Source of the DNA: a virus
Lineage: Duplodnaviria > Caudoviricetes
IMG/VR virus record: IMGVR_UViG_3300028588_000015
Span: 32,001 to 96,000 of that record
Reading direction: 5' to 3' (one strand)
Length of the DNA stretch: 64,000 nucleotides
The first letter of the stretch is position 1; every line of letters begins with the position of its first letter. Shown piece by piece: positions 49,201 through 56,821 of this stretch. Both the position numbers and the translations under genes were made by a program. The notes under the pieces are model-generated. The model was given only the letters and a program-made list of their open reading frames with translations, was not told where the DNA came from and made no database searches.

Positions 49201-52073
49201 GCAACGGCGCTGGCGGCCAAGCGGCAGACGCATACCTGCGCAATAACCGTATCCTGGTTCAGCGGCCGGGGACCAGTGAAGTGATCCAGTCCGGCGAGTA
49301 CGCCATCAACTGCCACGTACAAAACAATCTGTTCTTGTTGCAAACCCCGGGTATCTATATCAACCTGCGTGATAGCGCGGGTAATGTAACCGGTAACACA
49401 GTTATCGCGCAGGGAGCAGCATTGGGCAGTGCTGTATTTGCCATGAGTGGTAACTTCGATTACAACAATACGAAAGTGCAGAACAACGTCTTTATTGACG
49501 TAGGGGCAGTGCCGTTTAACATCGATGTGAACCGCCCAGCACCTGAACAGGTGTACAGTAACAACTTTACCAACGCAGCGATTAGCGCAGCGGTGGCGCC
49601 AGTGTACACAGTCAATACCGTCGCACCGTTTGTTGCAGATAAAGCAACCGATCTGCGGCCAGTGGTCAACGGTCCTTTGTTCGGAAAAGCGTCTGCGTAT
49701 GCGACTTCGACGATCGACGGCGCCGGCCAAAACCGGGGCTTTGCACCGGACGCAGGTGCATTCCAAGCAATTCCGGCCAGCAAATTGCCCATCGTTAAAT
49801 CGACTGGGCAAACCGTCAGCGGGCAGTATGTCCGTTATACGGTCAGTGTGCTCAACGAGATTGGTTCGTTGACGGCGCGCATGATCCCCGATGCTGTTGC
49901 GCCCGATGGCGCCCAAGAAGTCGGACCTCTGCCGTTTACCGTGAATGGCGGAACAGCGTATGTGGATATTCTGGTACCAAAGGCGGGTCTGTATGCCCCG
50001 GCAGAATTTGTCGCCAGCAATGATGGTGGCGTCGTCAAGTCGTATTCCGACCTGCCGCTGCGTGTGGTACCTTTGAAGTCGAGCGCAACATTCGACGATT
50101 TTGTCGGGGTGGCCGATGCTGTCGTGGCGGCTGGTCGACCGACGTTGCCGTTCTTCGGCACTGTCGTTGACTCCGGTGTAAATATCGTCAAGCCATTGGT
50201 GATCTTGTCAGTTGACAATGGTGACTTTTTCGCCGATGGCAGCGTTACGGTTACCGCAAGTGTTGCCAGCCCGATCGGGGTCGACCGGGTTGAACTTCTG
50301 CGTAACGGCGTGAAAGTCGACACGAAAACGCAGGCACCGTACGCGCTCACCCAGAACTTGACGCGCGCTGATAACGGTACTGTCGTCTACAGTGCCAAAG
50401 CGTACGACACCCAAGGTAACTTTACGGTAAGTGAAAACTTCCCAATCTATGTGAGGATACCCGCCGCTGGTGCCACGGTACCCACGGTCACGAGCATCGC
50501 ACTTGTCCCACCGAGTTACGATGGCGATGTGGCGCATCTTGAGATTAAGTTCTCGGAAGCGATGAATACCGCGCGTGAATTCGATTACAGCGGTGTTTGG
50601 AACTTCGGTATCGATGCTCACTTTACCACCGGCTTGACTGCATTCACGGATGCGACGACGCTGCGGATGAATTACGAATACGTGGCCCCCGTGTTGCCCG
50701 GGGAGCAGGCGTATTTCAGCTACCGTAAGGATTTTCTGCACGGCTGGCGTAGTGCGGCTGGGGTGTTGGTGGAATCGTTCGATGGGTTCCCTGTCGTAAA
50801 TAATCTGCCTGAACAAGGATCGCCCGGTGCGTATGAAACATTCACCAATGTGGCCGATGGGGCGAACGTGGCCAGTGTCGGTTGGGATGGCGGAGCGGAA
50901 GATACGCAACAAGTGTGGCATGCTTCTACGCAACTGGTGCGCGCGGCAGGCGCAGGTGGCGCGTATCCGGCCACCTCGGGACAAATCTTCGCCAGCTTCC
51001 GTCGGAAAGGACATGTTGCGCCTGGATGGGGGTATCGCGATGGCACCGGTGTGGCAGCGTTCTTTAAGTTAACTGCCGCTGGTCAGTCGCCTTACGGCAT
51101 CGCGATCATGTGTGACGATGGCAATGACGGCATCAGTAGTTTCGGCCTGGTTGCAGTGCGGGTTGAGGTGACGCCGGACGGCACGCTGCAATTCCGTCAC
51201 GCTAACAATCGTCGGCCGCCGCTCGCTTACCCGCCGAAAACCGGCGCAGCGCTCGATGTACTGCAAGAGTATGCGCTGGAGCTGGCCCGTGTTACCACGC
51301 AAGCTGAAACAACCTTTGCAATGCGGTTGTGGAAAGCCACCAATGGCGTTCGCACTAGCCTGATCAATTCGGCGTCCTGCGTAGTGAACTATAAGGCCAT
51401 CTTTAACGATGCGCCCATCGCGAAGCTGTATGTCACGGATGTGTCTGCACCACCGGCACTTCTGACCCGCGTGGAAGAGATCACGAATGCGTTCTCGGCG
51501 CGCGAAGTGGTGTCGCTGCTTCCTACCGGTAACCGCTCCACCTTGACCTCCATCCGTAACATTGTTGCGACCGGTTCCGGTGCTGACATGAGTTACGCGG
51601 GTAACGGCGCGGCGCTGTCGAGCCGGCCCGGCGGTATTTTCGCCATGCGTTTCTTAAATGTAGCGCAGCAATCGGGTATTTTTGCAGATGGCGGCGTATC
51701 GGCAGTAGTGGGTGCGGTAGTGGATAACATCTACCTGGGCGCATTCATCACGCCGTCGGCTGGTGTGTTCCCAACCGAACCTGTGGCCGCAGATAAGATG
51801 CACCTCGCTATCTGCGCGCCTGCCATCGGGCAAGCGTACCAGATTTACACGGAAGGCCGGAATCGTTTGCCCACTAAAAAGATGTTGGTGGCAGAGGGTG
51901 ACGTCATGCGTGTGCGTACTTGCGGTCTGGAGGTCTTCTTTGAAGTGAAGAAGAATGATGTCTGGACGCGCATCTTCCGTATCCGCAATGCAGCAGGTGG
52001 TCTGACCGACTATTACACTGCGGCGCAGTTGTTGTTGCCCGGTAATTCGGCAGTATCGGCGATTTACCAGTAA
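46212..52073 (+). CDS. Giant multidomain adhesin/tail fibre (lectin-like repeats, SwmB-like, Ig-like, beta-helix)
   Basis: 1953 aa; repeated MRR.G..YAEVSKDNG..W domain, two SwmB-like modules, a Big_7-like module, and a beta-helix from GIGHQFAT to DGAGQNRGFAPDAGAFQ. Confidence 0.75.
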   Translation: MSDPVYSTPMGDPTRLRELVKVVESGAAPTWVYTPDSGADAPAYGQGGLFPSFIKAGTDGSIAVRFTGFQNATIAFISDKTKRWDGATPWRIDTYQAGHAYKPVLYGNYLTDGPNVNAEGGDIVQMRRTGTTVYAEVSKDNGATWINIYTWPNVDPDMDLYGEVGVFYWMSRAEGVWAKGLDSQVNPVAPTPPVLASAIASNVAGMGRVVLNFNEPIDKSKIPDKSAFSVSGHTVAAATNMASLANAIALDVTGLIALGEVVTVTYVAPATNSIIDLDGTPGNSFGPVVAINNVPRPLGVRRRLGYVPPGIAEGGVAPNWTYANTDGNYTTWANTAQALNRMPAGRDGSFELVIGNYANGSFIGLTASSQVNTLPEYSLNIYQFGYPYTLSAGSDAAAVAVLAAPGDICRMRRLGNRIYAEVSKDNGDSYTVVGTWSNTPQVDLYGEVSLAFNTNISAVYSTGFVAATAYDVFVDKARDLDLRGKSWTAEQVSYLNTSVATLAPDGSGGLYKQSNAATLGLAWTQRNEDAGSAVFFTHDGGSYAAIPQLVVASNLLETYTDGIRCSFTDGGFLLEEITNGAVGAMVSNTLALVAGEKYCLEIGQADTVSDKDFVLRISTVVAGERGLLVAYALLNARNAHPGKNAGLLSSAVDSAFDTVTRIETLAQTIPVRMVPSKLLIEAASNQVTQGFSQRLTVRTDQSLAAFESVEVNITDNAGGQFDVANFTLSGTNQLQQVNWRPSNVIGARTLTAQQVTGLDVDDGSLHFEVTVPIPASALVYTGEKEVELGKTLKFVLSTNQPLLVGDTEAYTVSLVGTGSVAPMSGTLNNGDLSQELEFTPQTVGVTKIKFTPMGSPVLPALEVQVTVKPRSPTFVKGINVYEVGIGHQFATAKQASAYIADKKLVDTQAKVYFEYYGDHYFDTDFVAGNTSQEYNITHRPAAGEGYLDKATSGLFHYPDAGTELTFPGSYVTLQRGTVMENFRMKFENNTTLLFSPSNGAGGQAADAYLRNNRILVQRPGTSEVIQSGEYAINCHVQNNLFLLQTPGIYINLRDSAGNVTGNTVIAQGAALGSAVFAMSGNFDYNNTKVQNNVFIDVGAVPFNIDVNRPAPEQVYSNNFTNAAISAAVAPVYTVNTVAPFVADKATDLRPVVNGPLFGKASAYATSTIDGAGQNRGFAPDAGAFQAIPASKLPIVKSTGQTVSGQYVRYTVSVLNEIGSLTARMIPDAVAPDGAQEVGPLPFTVNGGTAYVDILVPKAGLYAPAEFVASNDGGVVKSYSDLPLRVVPLKSSATFDDFVGVADAVVAAGRPTLPFFGTVVDSGVNIVKPLVILSVDNGDFFADGSVTVTASVASPIGVDRVELLRNGVKVDTKTQAPYALTQNLTRADNGTVVYSAKAYDTQGNFTVSENFPIYVRIPAAGATVPTVTSIALVPPSYDGDVAHLEIKFSEAMNTAREFDYSGVWNFGIDAHFTTGLTAFTDATTLRMNYEYVAPVLPGEQAYFSYRKDFLHGWRSAAGVLVESFDGFPVVNNLPEQGSPGAYETFTNVADGANVASVGWDGGAEDTQQVWHASTQLVRAAGAGGAYPATSGQIFASFRRKGHVAPGWGYRDGTGVAAFFKLTAAGQSPYGIAIMCDDGNDGISSFGLVAVRVEVTPDGTLQFRHANNRRPPLAYPPKTGAALDVLQEYALELARVTTQAETTFAMRLWKATNGVRTSLINSASCVVNYKAIFNDAPIAKLYVTDVSAPPALLTRVEEITNAFSAREVVSLLPTGNRSTLTSIRNIVATGSGADMSYAGNGAALSSRPGGIFAMRFLNVAQQSGIFADGGVSAVVGAVVDNIYLGAFITPSAGVFPTEPVAADKMHLAICAPAIGQAYQIYTEGRNRLPTKKMLVAEGDVMRVRTCGLEVFFEVKKNDVWTRIFRIRNAAGGLTDYYTAAQLLLPGNSAVSAIYQ
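46609..47493 (+). repeat. 30-nt perfect direct repeat (46609-46638 and 47464-47493)
   Basis: TTTATGCAGAAGTGTCGAAAGACAATGGCG occurs twice, 855 nt apart (in frame). Confidence 0.9.
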
Positions 52074-52082
52074 CTTGAAGTA

Positions 52083-52123
52083 ACCGCATAAAGGCCGGCC
52101 ATAGAGGCCGGCCTTTATGCGGT
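52083..52123. terminator. 18-bp perfect hairpin terminator ACCGCATAAAGGCCGGCC/GGCCGGCCTTTATGCGGT
   Basis: Perfect inverted repeat with a 5-nt loop after the adhesin stop codon. Confidence 0.8.
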
Positions 52124-52140
52124 AATGGTTAGATTCAAAC

Positions 52141-52160
52141 AAAATATGGCCACATATTCT
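52141..52160 (+). promoter_or_regulatory. Putative phage promoter motif, copy 2
   Basis: AAAATATGGCCACATATTCT, nearly identical to 6377-6397. Confidence 0.5.
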
Positions 52161-52215
52161 CCGTGTAGCATGAAGCACTATTGATGCTTCGACTACATTC
52201 ATTAGTTAGGAGGAG

Positions 52216-53337
52216 ATGGACATGAGTATCAAACAAACTATTGGACACCGTATTTCGATCCTGCGCACGCTCTTGATTTTGTGCGTTGTATTTCTTCACA
52301 CCGTACTTGCGCCGAACATCCTGAAGGTGGATTTGACCGATTTTCAAACTGTCTTATCCTGCATCTTTCAAGACCGCTTAGGGCGTTTTGCAGTGCCGAC
52401 CCTCACGATGATTTCGGCGTATCTGTTGTTCGGTGCGAATCTGGACCAAGCACCGGGTAAGCTCTATAAGAAGAAATTTGCAACGCTTGTGGTGCCGTTT
52501 TTCTTCTTCAATGTTTTGTACTTCGCTGTTGTGTATGCGGTGGCGACTGTAACGGGCATTGGTAGCTTGCAAGAGGTGGTCCATAAAAACCACGAACAGA
52601 TCATCAACGCATTAACCGGATACAACGGTATGCCACTCAATGGTGCCACGCATTTTCTGCGTGATTTGTTCGTACTGGTGCTGTTGACGCCGGTGTTCAG
52701 TTTCTTTCTGCGCCGCGCCCCGTTGGTTGGTTGCTTCCTTATTGGCTTGGTGTTTTTAACCAACATGGATGGTAACTTGATCCAGCGCAATACCATGGCA
52801 GTAATGTTCTATCTTGGCGGCTGGTGTGCGGTCAGCAAAACTGATGTCACGATACTGGACAAGCATGCGGCCTTGGCGTGTGTTATCCTGCTGTTGGCCT
52901 GCACACTGTCGGTGTTCCTGCGCATCGACAACCGGATGATTTATCTGCTCTCGCCTTTCTTGGTCTGGAGTGCAGCGTCGAAACTGGTTGGCACCGCGCT
53001 GGGTAACTGGGCGGCTAAAAACAGCAAATACAGCTTTTTTGTGTTTCTTGCCCATGCACCGATGCTGCACGTTTTGGACTTGCTGCACGTCAATTCGATT
53101 GCACCAAAACTGCCATTGGTTTCTTCTGCCATCGAAACTGCGGTTGTTTTTATCGTGCTGGCAGCAGTCTACGATATCGCAGCAAAACGTATGCCTTCAT
53201 TGTTTAACATCATGATCGGCGCACGTGTTAAAACCGTGGTCATCGCGGATCGTCGCCGTCAGCCACGTCCCGATGGTGCCCCGGTATTTTCCCCAGAATA
53301 CCGGACGTCGTTCATTTCCAATCTTTCTTTTCGTTAA
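52216..53337 (+). CDS. Acyltransferase family 3 (OafA/ExoH-like) integral membrane protein
   Basis: ILRTLLILCVVFLH, FAVPTLTMISAYLLF, KKKFATLVVPF, HFLRDLF and SFFVFLAH motifs; about 10 hydrophobic segments; AGGAGG RBS. Confidence 0.88.
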   Translation: MDMSIKQTIGHRISILRTLLILCVVFLHTVLAPNILKVDLTDFQTVLSCIFQDRLGRFAVPTLTMISAYLLFGANLDQAPGKLYKKKFATLVVPFFFFNVLYFAVVYAVATVTGIGSLQEVVHKNHEQIINALTGYNGMPLNGATHFLRDLFVLVLLTPVFSFFLRRAPLVGCFLIGLVFLTNMDGNLIQRNTMAVMFYLGGWCAVSKTDVTILDKHAALACVILLLACTLSVFLRIDNRMIYLLSPFLVWSAASKLVGTALGNWAAKNSKYSFFVFLAHAPMLHVLDLLHVNSIAPKLPLVSSAIETAVVFIVLAAVYDIAAKRMPSLFNIMIGARVKTVVIADRRRQPRPDGAPVFSPEYRTSFISNLSFR

Positions 53338-53483
53338 GGAGAATACCGTGAAAAAATGACCGCATAGCAATTGTCAGTTATTGCTTTAGTGTAAATTTTA
53401 ACTGACGTTTGTCTATAGTGTGGATGTATTCAACCGCCTGGTTGAGTACACTCTACTCCCTTCACCAGAACTAGGAGCTTTCC

Positions 53484-53942
53484 ATGCAAAAATCGCGCAC
53501 TCTGCGAGCGCGTACCTTCGTGGCCCTCGCCATGATTGCCGCGCTCGCGTTCTTCACCCATTCGCCGCCAGCCCAATCGACCAGCTCCGGCGCCGAGACC
53601 GTGAAATCCATCTACCCGACCCAGACCGAAGGTGCCGGCATCGCCGCCACCAAGATCGACATCGCACCGGCCGCGGCCGTGGCTGATCGCGCCGTGCCCC
53701 GAACGCCGGCCGCGAACATCGATCTGGAAAAAATGCTGACCTCGACCGACACCCTGGCCATCGTCTCGGGCGCCGAACCGGCCGCCGCGTTCGACTCCCG
53801 ATTGCGGGGCTCGACCAAGAGCGAATTGACCATGTACACCGACCTGTCGACCAACAGCATCCACAGCCACGGCGCCGGCGGTACGGAACCGGGCGGGCGA
53901 TTGCGCCGCTCGATCCTGCTGACCCGTACCGACCTGACCTGA
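53484..53942 (+). CDS. Putative secreted or membrane-anchored small protein
   Basis: AGGAG RBS; signal-peptide-like MQKSRTLRARTFVALAMIAALAFF; C-ending codon bias like the highly expressed head genes. Confidence 0.65.
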   Translation: MQKSRTLRARTFVALAMIAALAFFTHSPPAQSTSSGAETVKSIYPTQTEGAGIAATKIDIAPAAAVADRAVPRTPAANIDLEKMLTSTDTLAIVSGAEPAAAFDSRLRGSTKSELTMYTDLSTNSIHSHGAGGTEPGGRLRRSILLTRTDLT

Positions 53943-53944
53943 CC

Positions 53945-54300
53945 TGCCGCCGGCCTGGGCCGCCGCGACGCCCGCGAGAGGGTTGCTCCCGGCTGTTCCA
54001 TTGCCACAAGTCCCTGTCCGCTGCTGTGGACAGGGCACCTTTCCTGGACCTCTGAAATAGGCCAGGTTCGACCGAACGCAGATGCCTTCTCGGGCTTGCG
54101 AGCCCCTGAACTGGGCGCTGCCGGTCAACTCGCGCAGCAGGCCGCGGCCGATCGGCGGAATCAATGTCGATGCGGTATCGCCGCCTACTGCGCGCGCTTC
54201 TCGACCAAATCCACTGTGACGGGACACAGTTCACCACCGAATCGGATTAGCTACCCGGTTCATAACGACAACCACTGAGGGTGATAGCCAAATCATGCCT
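53945..54300 (+). ncRNA. Candidate structured non-coding RNA or long structured 3-prime UTR
   Basis: About 350 GC-rich nt with no credible ORF and at least six consecutive helices, ending at a terminator; no known family recognised. Confidence 0.35.
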
Positions 54301-54320
54301 CACGGGTTTTTGGAAACCAA

Positions 54321-54369
54321 ATAAAGGCCGAGAGACTACGCGTACATAGTCTCTCGGCCTTTATGCCGC
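54321..54369. terminator. 18-bp hairpin terminator plus TATGCCGC
   Basis: ATAAAGGCCGAGAGACTA/TAGTCTCTCGGCCTTTAT. Confidence 0.8.
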
Positions 54370-54422
54370 TTACCTATCCTATGTTAATTTACTCACCCTT
54401 TGCCTGGATAGATAGGTGCCCC

Positions 54423-54953
54423 ATGTTTGTTTCTGATTTCACCAAATCCCCTGAAGAAGTGGTGATCGACCTCATCAACTTCGACAATGGCAAGAACTTC
54501 ACACCGGCGACCTTGCGGATCGTAGATGTGCCGCTTGCTATCCCCAAATCCCCCCCGATTTTCCGCAACACCGAAATTGTGGTGACCGCCCCTGTCGCGG
54601 TAAAGAAGCGCGGTCAAGCGCGCCTCTGGTATAACCGCATTGATCTCAACACGGTGCCCGCCAATCGCAGCACGGTCTTTGAAACGCCCACAAAAATTAC
54701 CAAACTGAGCGAAGTCATCCCGGCCGTCAACGAACGGTATCGGATCAACCTCACGCCCGCTGATTATATCGACGTCCCGATGACAGTTCTGGATTTTGAA
54801 CCGGTGAAAGTGACGATTCAAACTGCACCTCACTCGTTGGTTTACATCGGTTATCTGGAAATCGATGTCGTGGCACTGCCGGTCGATGTACCACCTATCG
54901 GTTCGGTCTTCCTCAACCGCTTCTTGGACATCTTCAAGTACTTCGCCAAATAA
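54423..54953 (+). CDS. Jumbo-phage tail-associated domain protein, paralog 2
   Basis: VIDLINFDN...NTEIVVTA...LWYNRIDL...SLVYIG; same pattern as 39194-39721. Confidence 0.65.
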   Translation: MFVSDFTKSPEEVVIDLINFDNGKNFTPATLRIVDVPLAIPKSPPIFRNTEIVVTAPVAVKKRGQARLWYNRIDLNTVPANRSTVFETPTKITKLSEVIPAVNERYRINLTPADYIDVPMTVLDFEPVKVTIQTAPHSLVYIGYLEIDVVALPVDVPPIGSVFLNRFLDIFKYFAK

Positions 54954-54958
54954 GTGTA

Positions 54959-54994
54959 ATAAAGAGACAGGGGCACCCCTGTCTCTTTATGCCG
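54959..54994 (+). terminator. Terminator plus TATGCCG
   Basis: ATAAAGAGACAGGGG/CCCCTGTCTCTTTAT. Confidence 0.75.
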
Positions 54995-55063
54995 AATGAA
55001 AGAAAAATACTTTGCTCGGTTATCTAATGTGAAAGGGTATAACCGCTATTTTTCTTTGGAGTC

Positions 55064-55432
55064 GTGATGCGTAAATTCATCAAAAACATGCGCCACTGGT
55101 GGCCAGAACTTAAGCTGTGGTGGCGTGTCAAAAGAACCCCACTCCAGATCATTGACACCGAAGAATACTACAGTGATTATGATCTGGAAATTCTGACACT
55201 GTGGGGCGCGCACGCCATTGTAGTGCACGAATATAAACTCATGGGTGCGATCATCCGTACCGAGGAAATGGTCAAGGTCAATCATCCGCAGTTGCTGCGC
55301 GATAAGACCATGGCGGCTGATTTTTTGATCAAGCACTATCAAAAGTTTCAGTTTGTTGTAAAGTCTGTTACTTTCCCGCAAAAGGACGGTAGCATGCTGT
55401 ATTTCCCTGTCGGTCTTCCGGCAGTTCATTAA
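55064..55432 (+). CDS. Hypothetical protein
   Basis: 122-aa ORF with a GGAG RBS. Confidence 0.55.
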   Translation: MMRKFIKNMRHWWPELKLWWRVKRTPLQIIDTEEYYSDYDLEILTLWGAHAIVVHEYKLMGAIIRTEEMVKVNHPQLLRDKTMAADFLIKHYQKFQFVVKSVTFPQKDGSMLYFPVGLPAVH

Positions 55433-55457
55433 CTATAAAGAAAGAGGAGTTTCAATC

Positions 55458-55922
55458 ATGTTTGGTCTTTTTAAACGCAACAAAATCAATCTCAACATCC
55501 GCTTCCATACGGCTTCGGCGGGCCTACCGGAACATGGTACCCTGTTGGTCACCCACCGCGACCATGGGCTGGAAAAGAAGCCGGTGCGTTTCTCGTTCGT
55601 CGACGTGGCCACGCCGCCGCAACTGGACCGCGCCGTGTTCAACTACATCTACGACAAGGCCGAGGCCGCAGGCTTCCAGGTGCACAGCTTGCACTCGTAC
55701 GCCAATGTGGCGGTGAGCACTGCCCAGAGAGCTGCTGCCCGGCAGGCAGTGCTCGACAGTCCGAACGCAAAAGCGATCCGGGCATGGGCGGAAGAACAAA
55801 AGCCCAAGGCACCGCCCAGCGAACAATCGAACATGCAGGGTTTTGGTCGAAGCGGCCAAGTCGATACGATCGGTGCCGGCGCCAAGGGTATGCCGTACGA
55901 TGAATTCAAGAAAGGGGCATGA
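55458..55922 (+). CDS. Hypothetical protein
   Basis: 154-aa ORF with a GAGGAG RBS and codon bias. Confidence 0.65.
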   Translation: MFGLFKRNKINLNIRFHTASAGLPEHGTLLVTHRDHGLEKKPVRFSFVDVATPPQLDRAVFNYIYDKAEAAGFQVHSLHSYANVAVSTAQRAAARQAVLDSPNAKAIRAWAEEQKPKAPPSEQSNMQGFGRSGQVDTIGAGAKGMPYDEFKKGA

Positions 55923-55923
55923 T

Positions 55924-56313
55924 ATGCGAATGGCTTACCGCAACGATTTCACCGCCGTGCTCGACATCTTCATGATGCTCTTGACCTGGTTCTTCAAGTC
56001 GTTTGACAACACGGTCACGTTCGTCATGCATGTGTTCAATTTCAACGTGGTGGTCGGCTTTCACAGCAACCTCGACCCGAAGAAATGCTACGGCGTGGCG
56101 TTCTACAATACGCCGAATGGTACGCAGTCACGGCCCTTCACAGTGGACCGGCCGGAGAATCTGGACGAGCCGCCGCCAGTCACCATCAAGTCAATCTTTT
56201 CACAGATCAAGCAGATGGGTTACGACGTGGTCCAAATCGAGGTGCGAACGGACCGCGAACTTCGGGTGTATCGAGATGGTGTCGAGCGCCCGCTTTTAGT
56301 GCAGGAGCGTTAA
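55924..56313 (+). CDS. Hypothetical protein
   Basis: ATG at 55924 right after the previous stop; 129 aa. Confidence 0.6.
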   Translation: MRMAYRNDFTAVLDIFMMLLTWFFKSFDNTVTFVMHVFNFNVVVGFHSNLDPKKCYGVAFYNTPNGTQSRPFTVDRPENLDEPPPVTIKSIFSQIKQMGYDVVQIEVRTDRELRVYRDGVERPLLVQER

Positions 56314-56323
56314 AGGAGGTAAT

Positions 56324-56749
56324 GTGGAAAAACGAATGGACGAAGATTTGGAAGCGGCCAACGCCGAGAAGAAGCGGGTGGAGAAGTTGTTGGGTTTGCC
56401 GCCTGGCCCCGAGTATATCGGCACCTTTTCGGTCGACCAAGCAACCCACCCTGACTTCAAGGATAAGACAGCGGTTGATTGGGCTGTCGAGTTTGCGGTG
56501 GATGGTATCCTTAATGACAGCACACGGGTCAAGCATCAGAAGCTCGACGATATCGCACGTGTGCTGAAAGGAACGCCTGTCGATGTTGTCGAAAAGCGCT
56601 GGGACGATGGCACAATCGAACACGTTCCAACGCTCGGTGCGCCATCTGAAGACTACATCAGTCTGCGCCAAGAACTGGCCAATCAAGGCTATAGCTTTCA
56701 GCTGGATGATGGCTTGCCAGAACCAAACGACGATGACGACGACCTGTAA
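56324..56749 (+). CDS. Hypothetical protein
   Basis: AGGAGG RBS; acidic C-terminus; start could instead be 56336. Confidence 0.6.
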   Translation: MEKRMDEDLEAANAEKKRVEKLLGLPPGPEYIGTFSVDQATHPDFKDKTAVDWAVEFAVDGILNDSTRVKHQKLDDIARVLKGTPVDVVEKRWDDGTIEHVPTLGAPSEDYISLRQELANQGYSFQLDDGLPEPNDDDDDL

Positions 56750-56762
56750 TAGGCCGTCATAC

Positions 56763-56793
56763 AAAGCTACCCGAGATTCGGGTAGCTTTTTTT
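56763..56793 (+). terminator. Intrinsic terminator
   Basis: AAAGCTACCCG/CGGGTAGCTTT plus T-tract. Confidence 0.75.
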
Positions 56794-56821
56794 CTTTGTT
56801 CTCAACTAGGGAAATAAAAAA

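Noticed and set aside
54065-54073. GGTTCGA resembling a tRNA T-loop
   Set aside because: No cloverleaf, acceptor stem or CCA end could be built around it.
53430-54237. Minus-strand ORFs (265 aa, 227 aa) across the GC-rich region
   Set aside because: Low-complexity R/G/A/S translations typical of GC-rich non-coding frames; no RBS; they conflict with the codon-biased plus-strand gene.
54244-54256. GGATTAGCTACCC, one mismatch from the 16S rRNA motif GGATTAGATACCC
   Set aside because: Only 13 nt with no convincing flanking rRNA similarity; likely chance.
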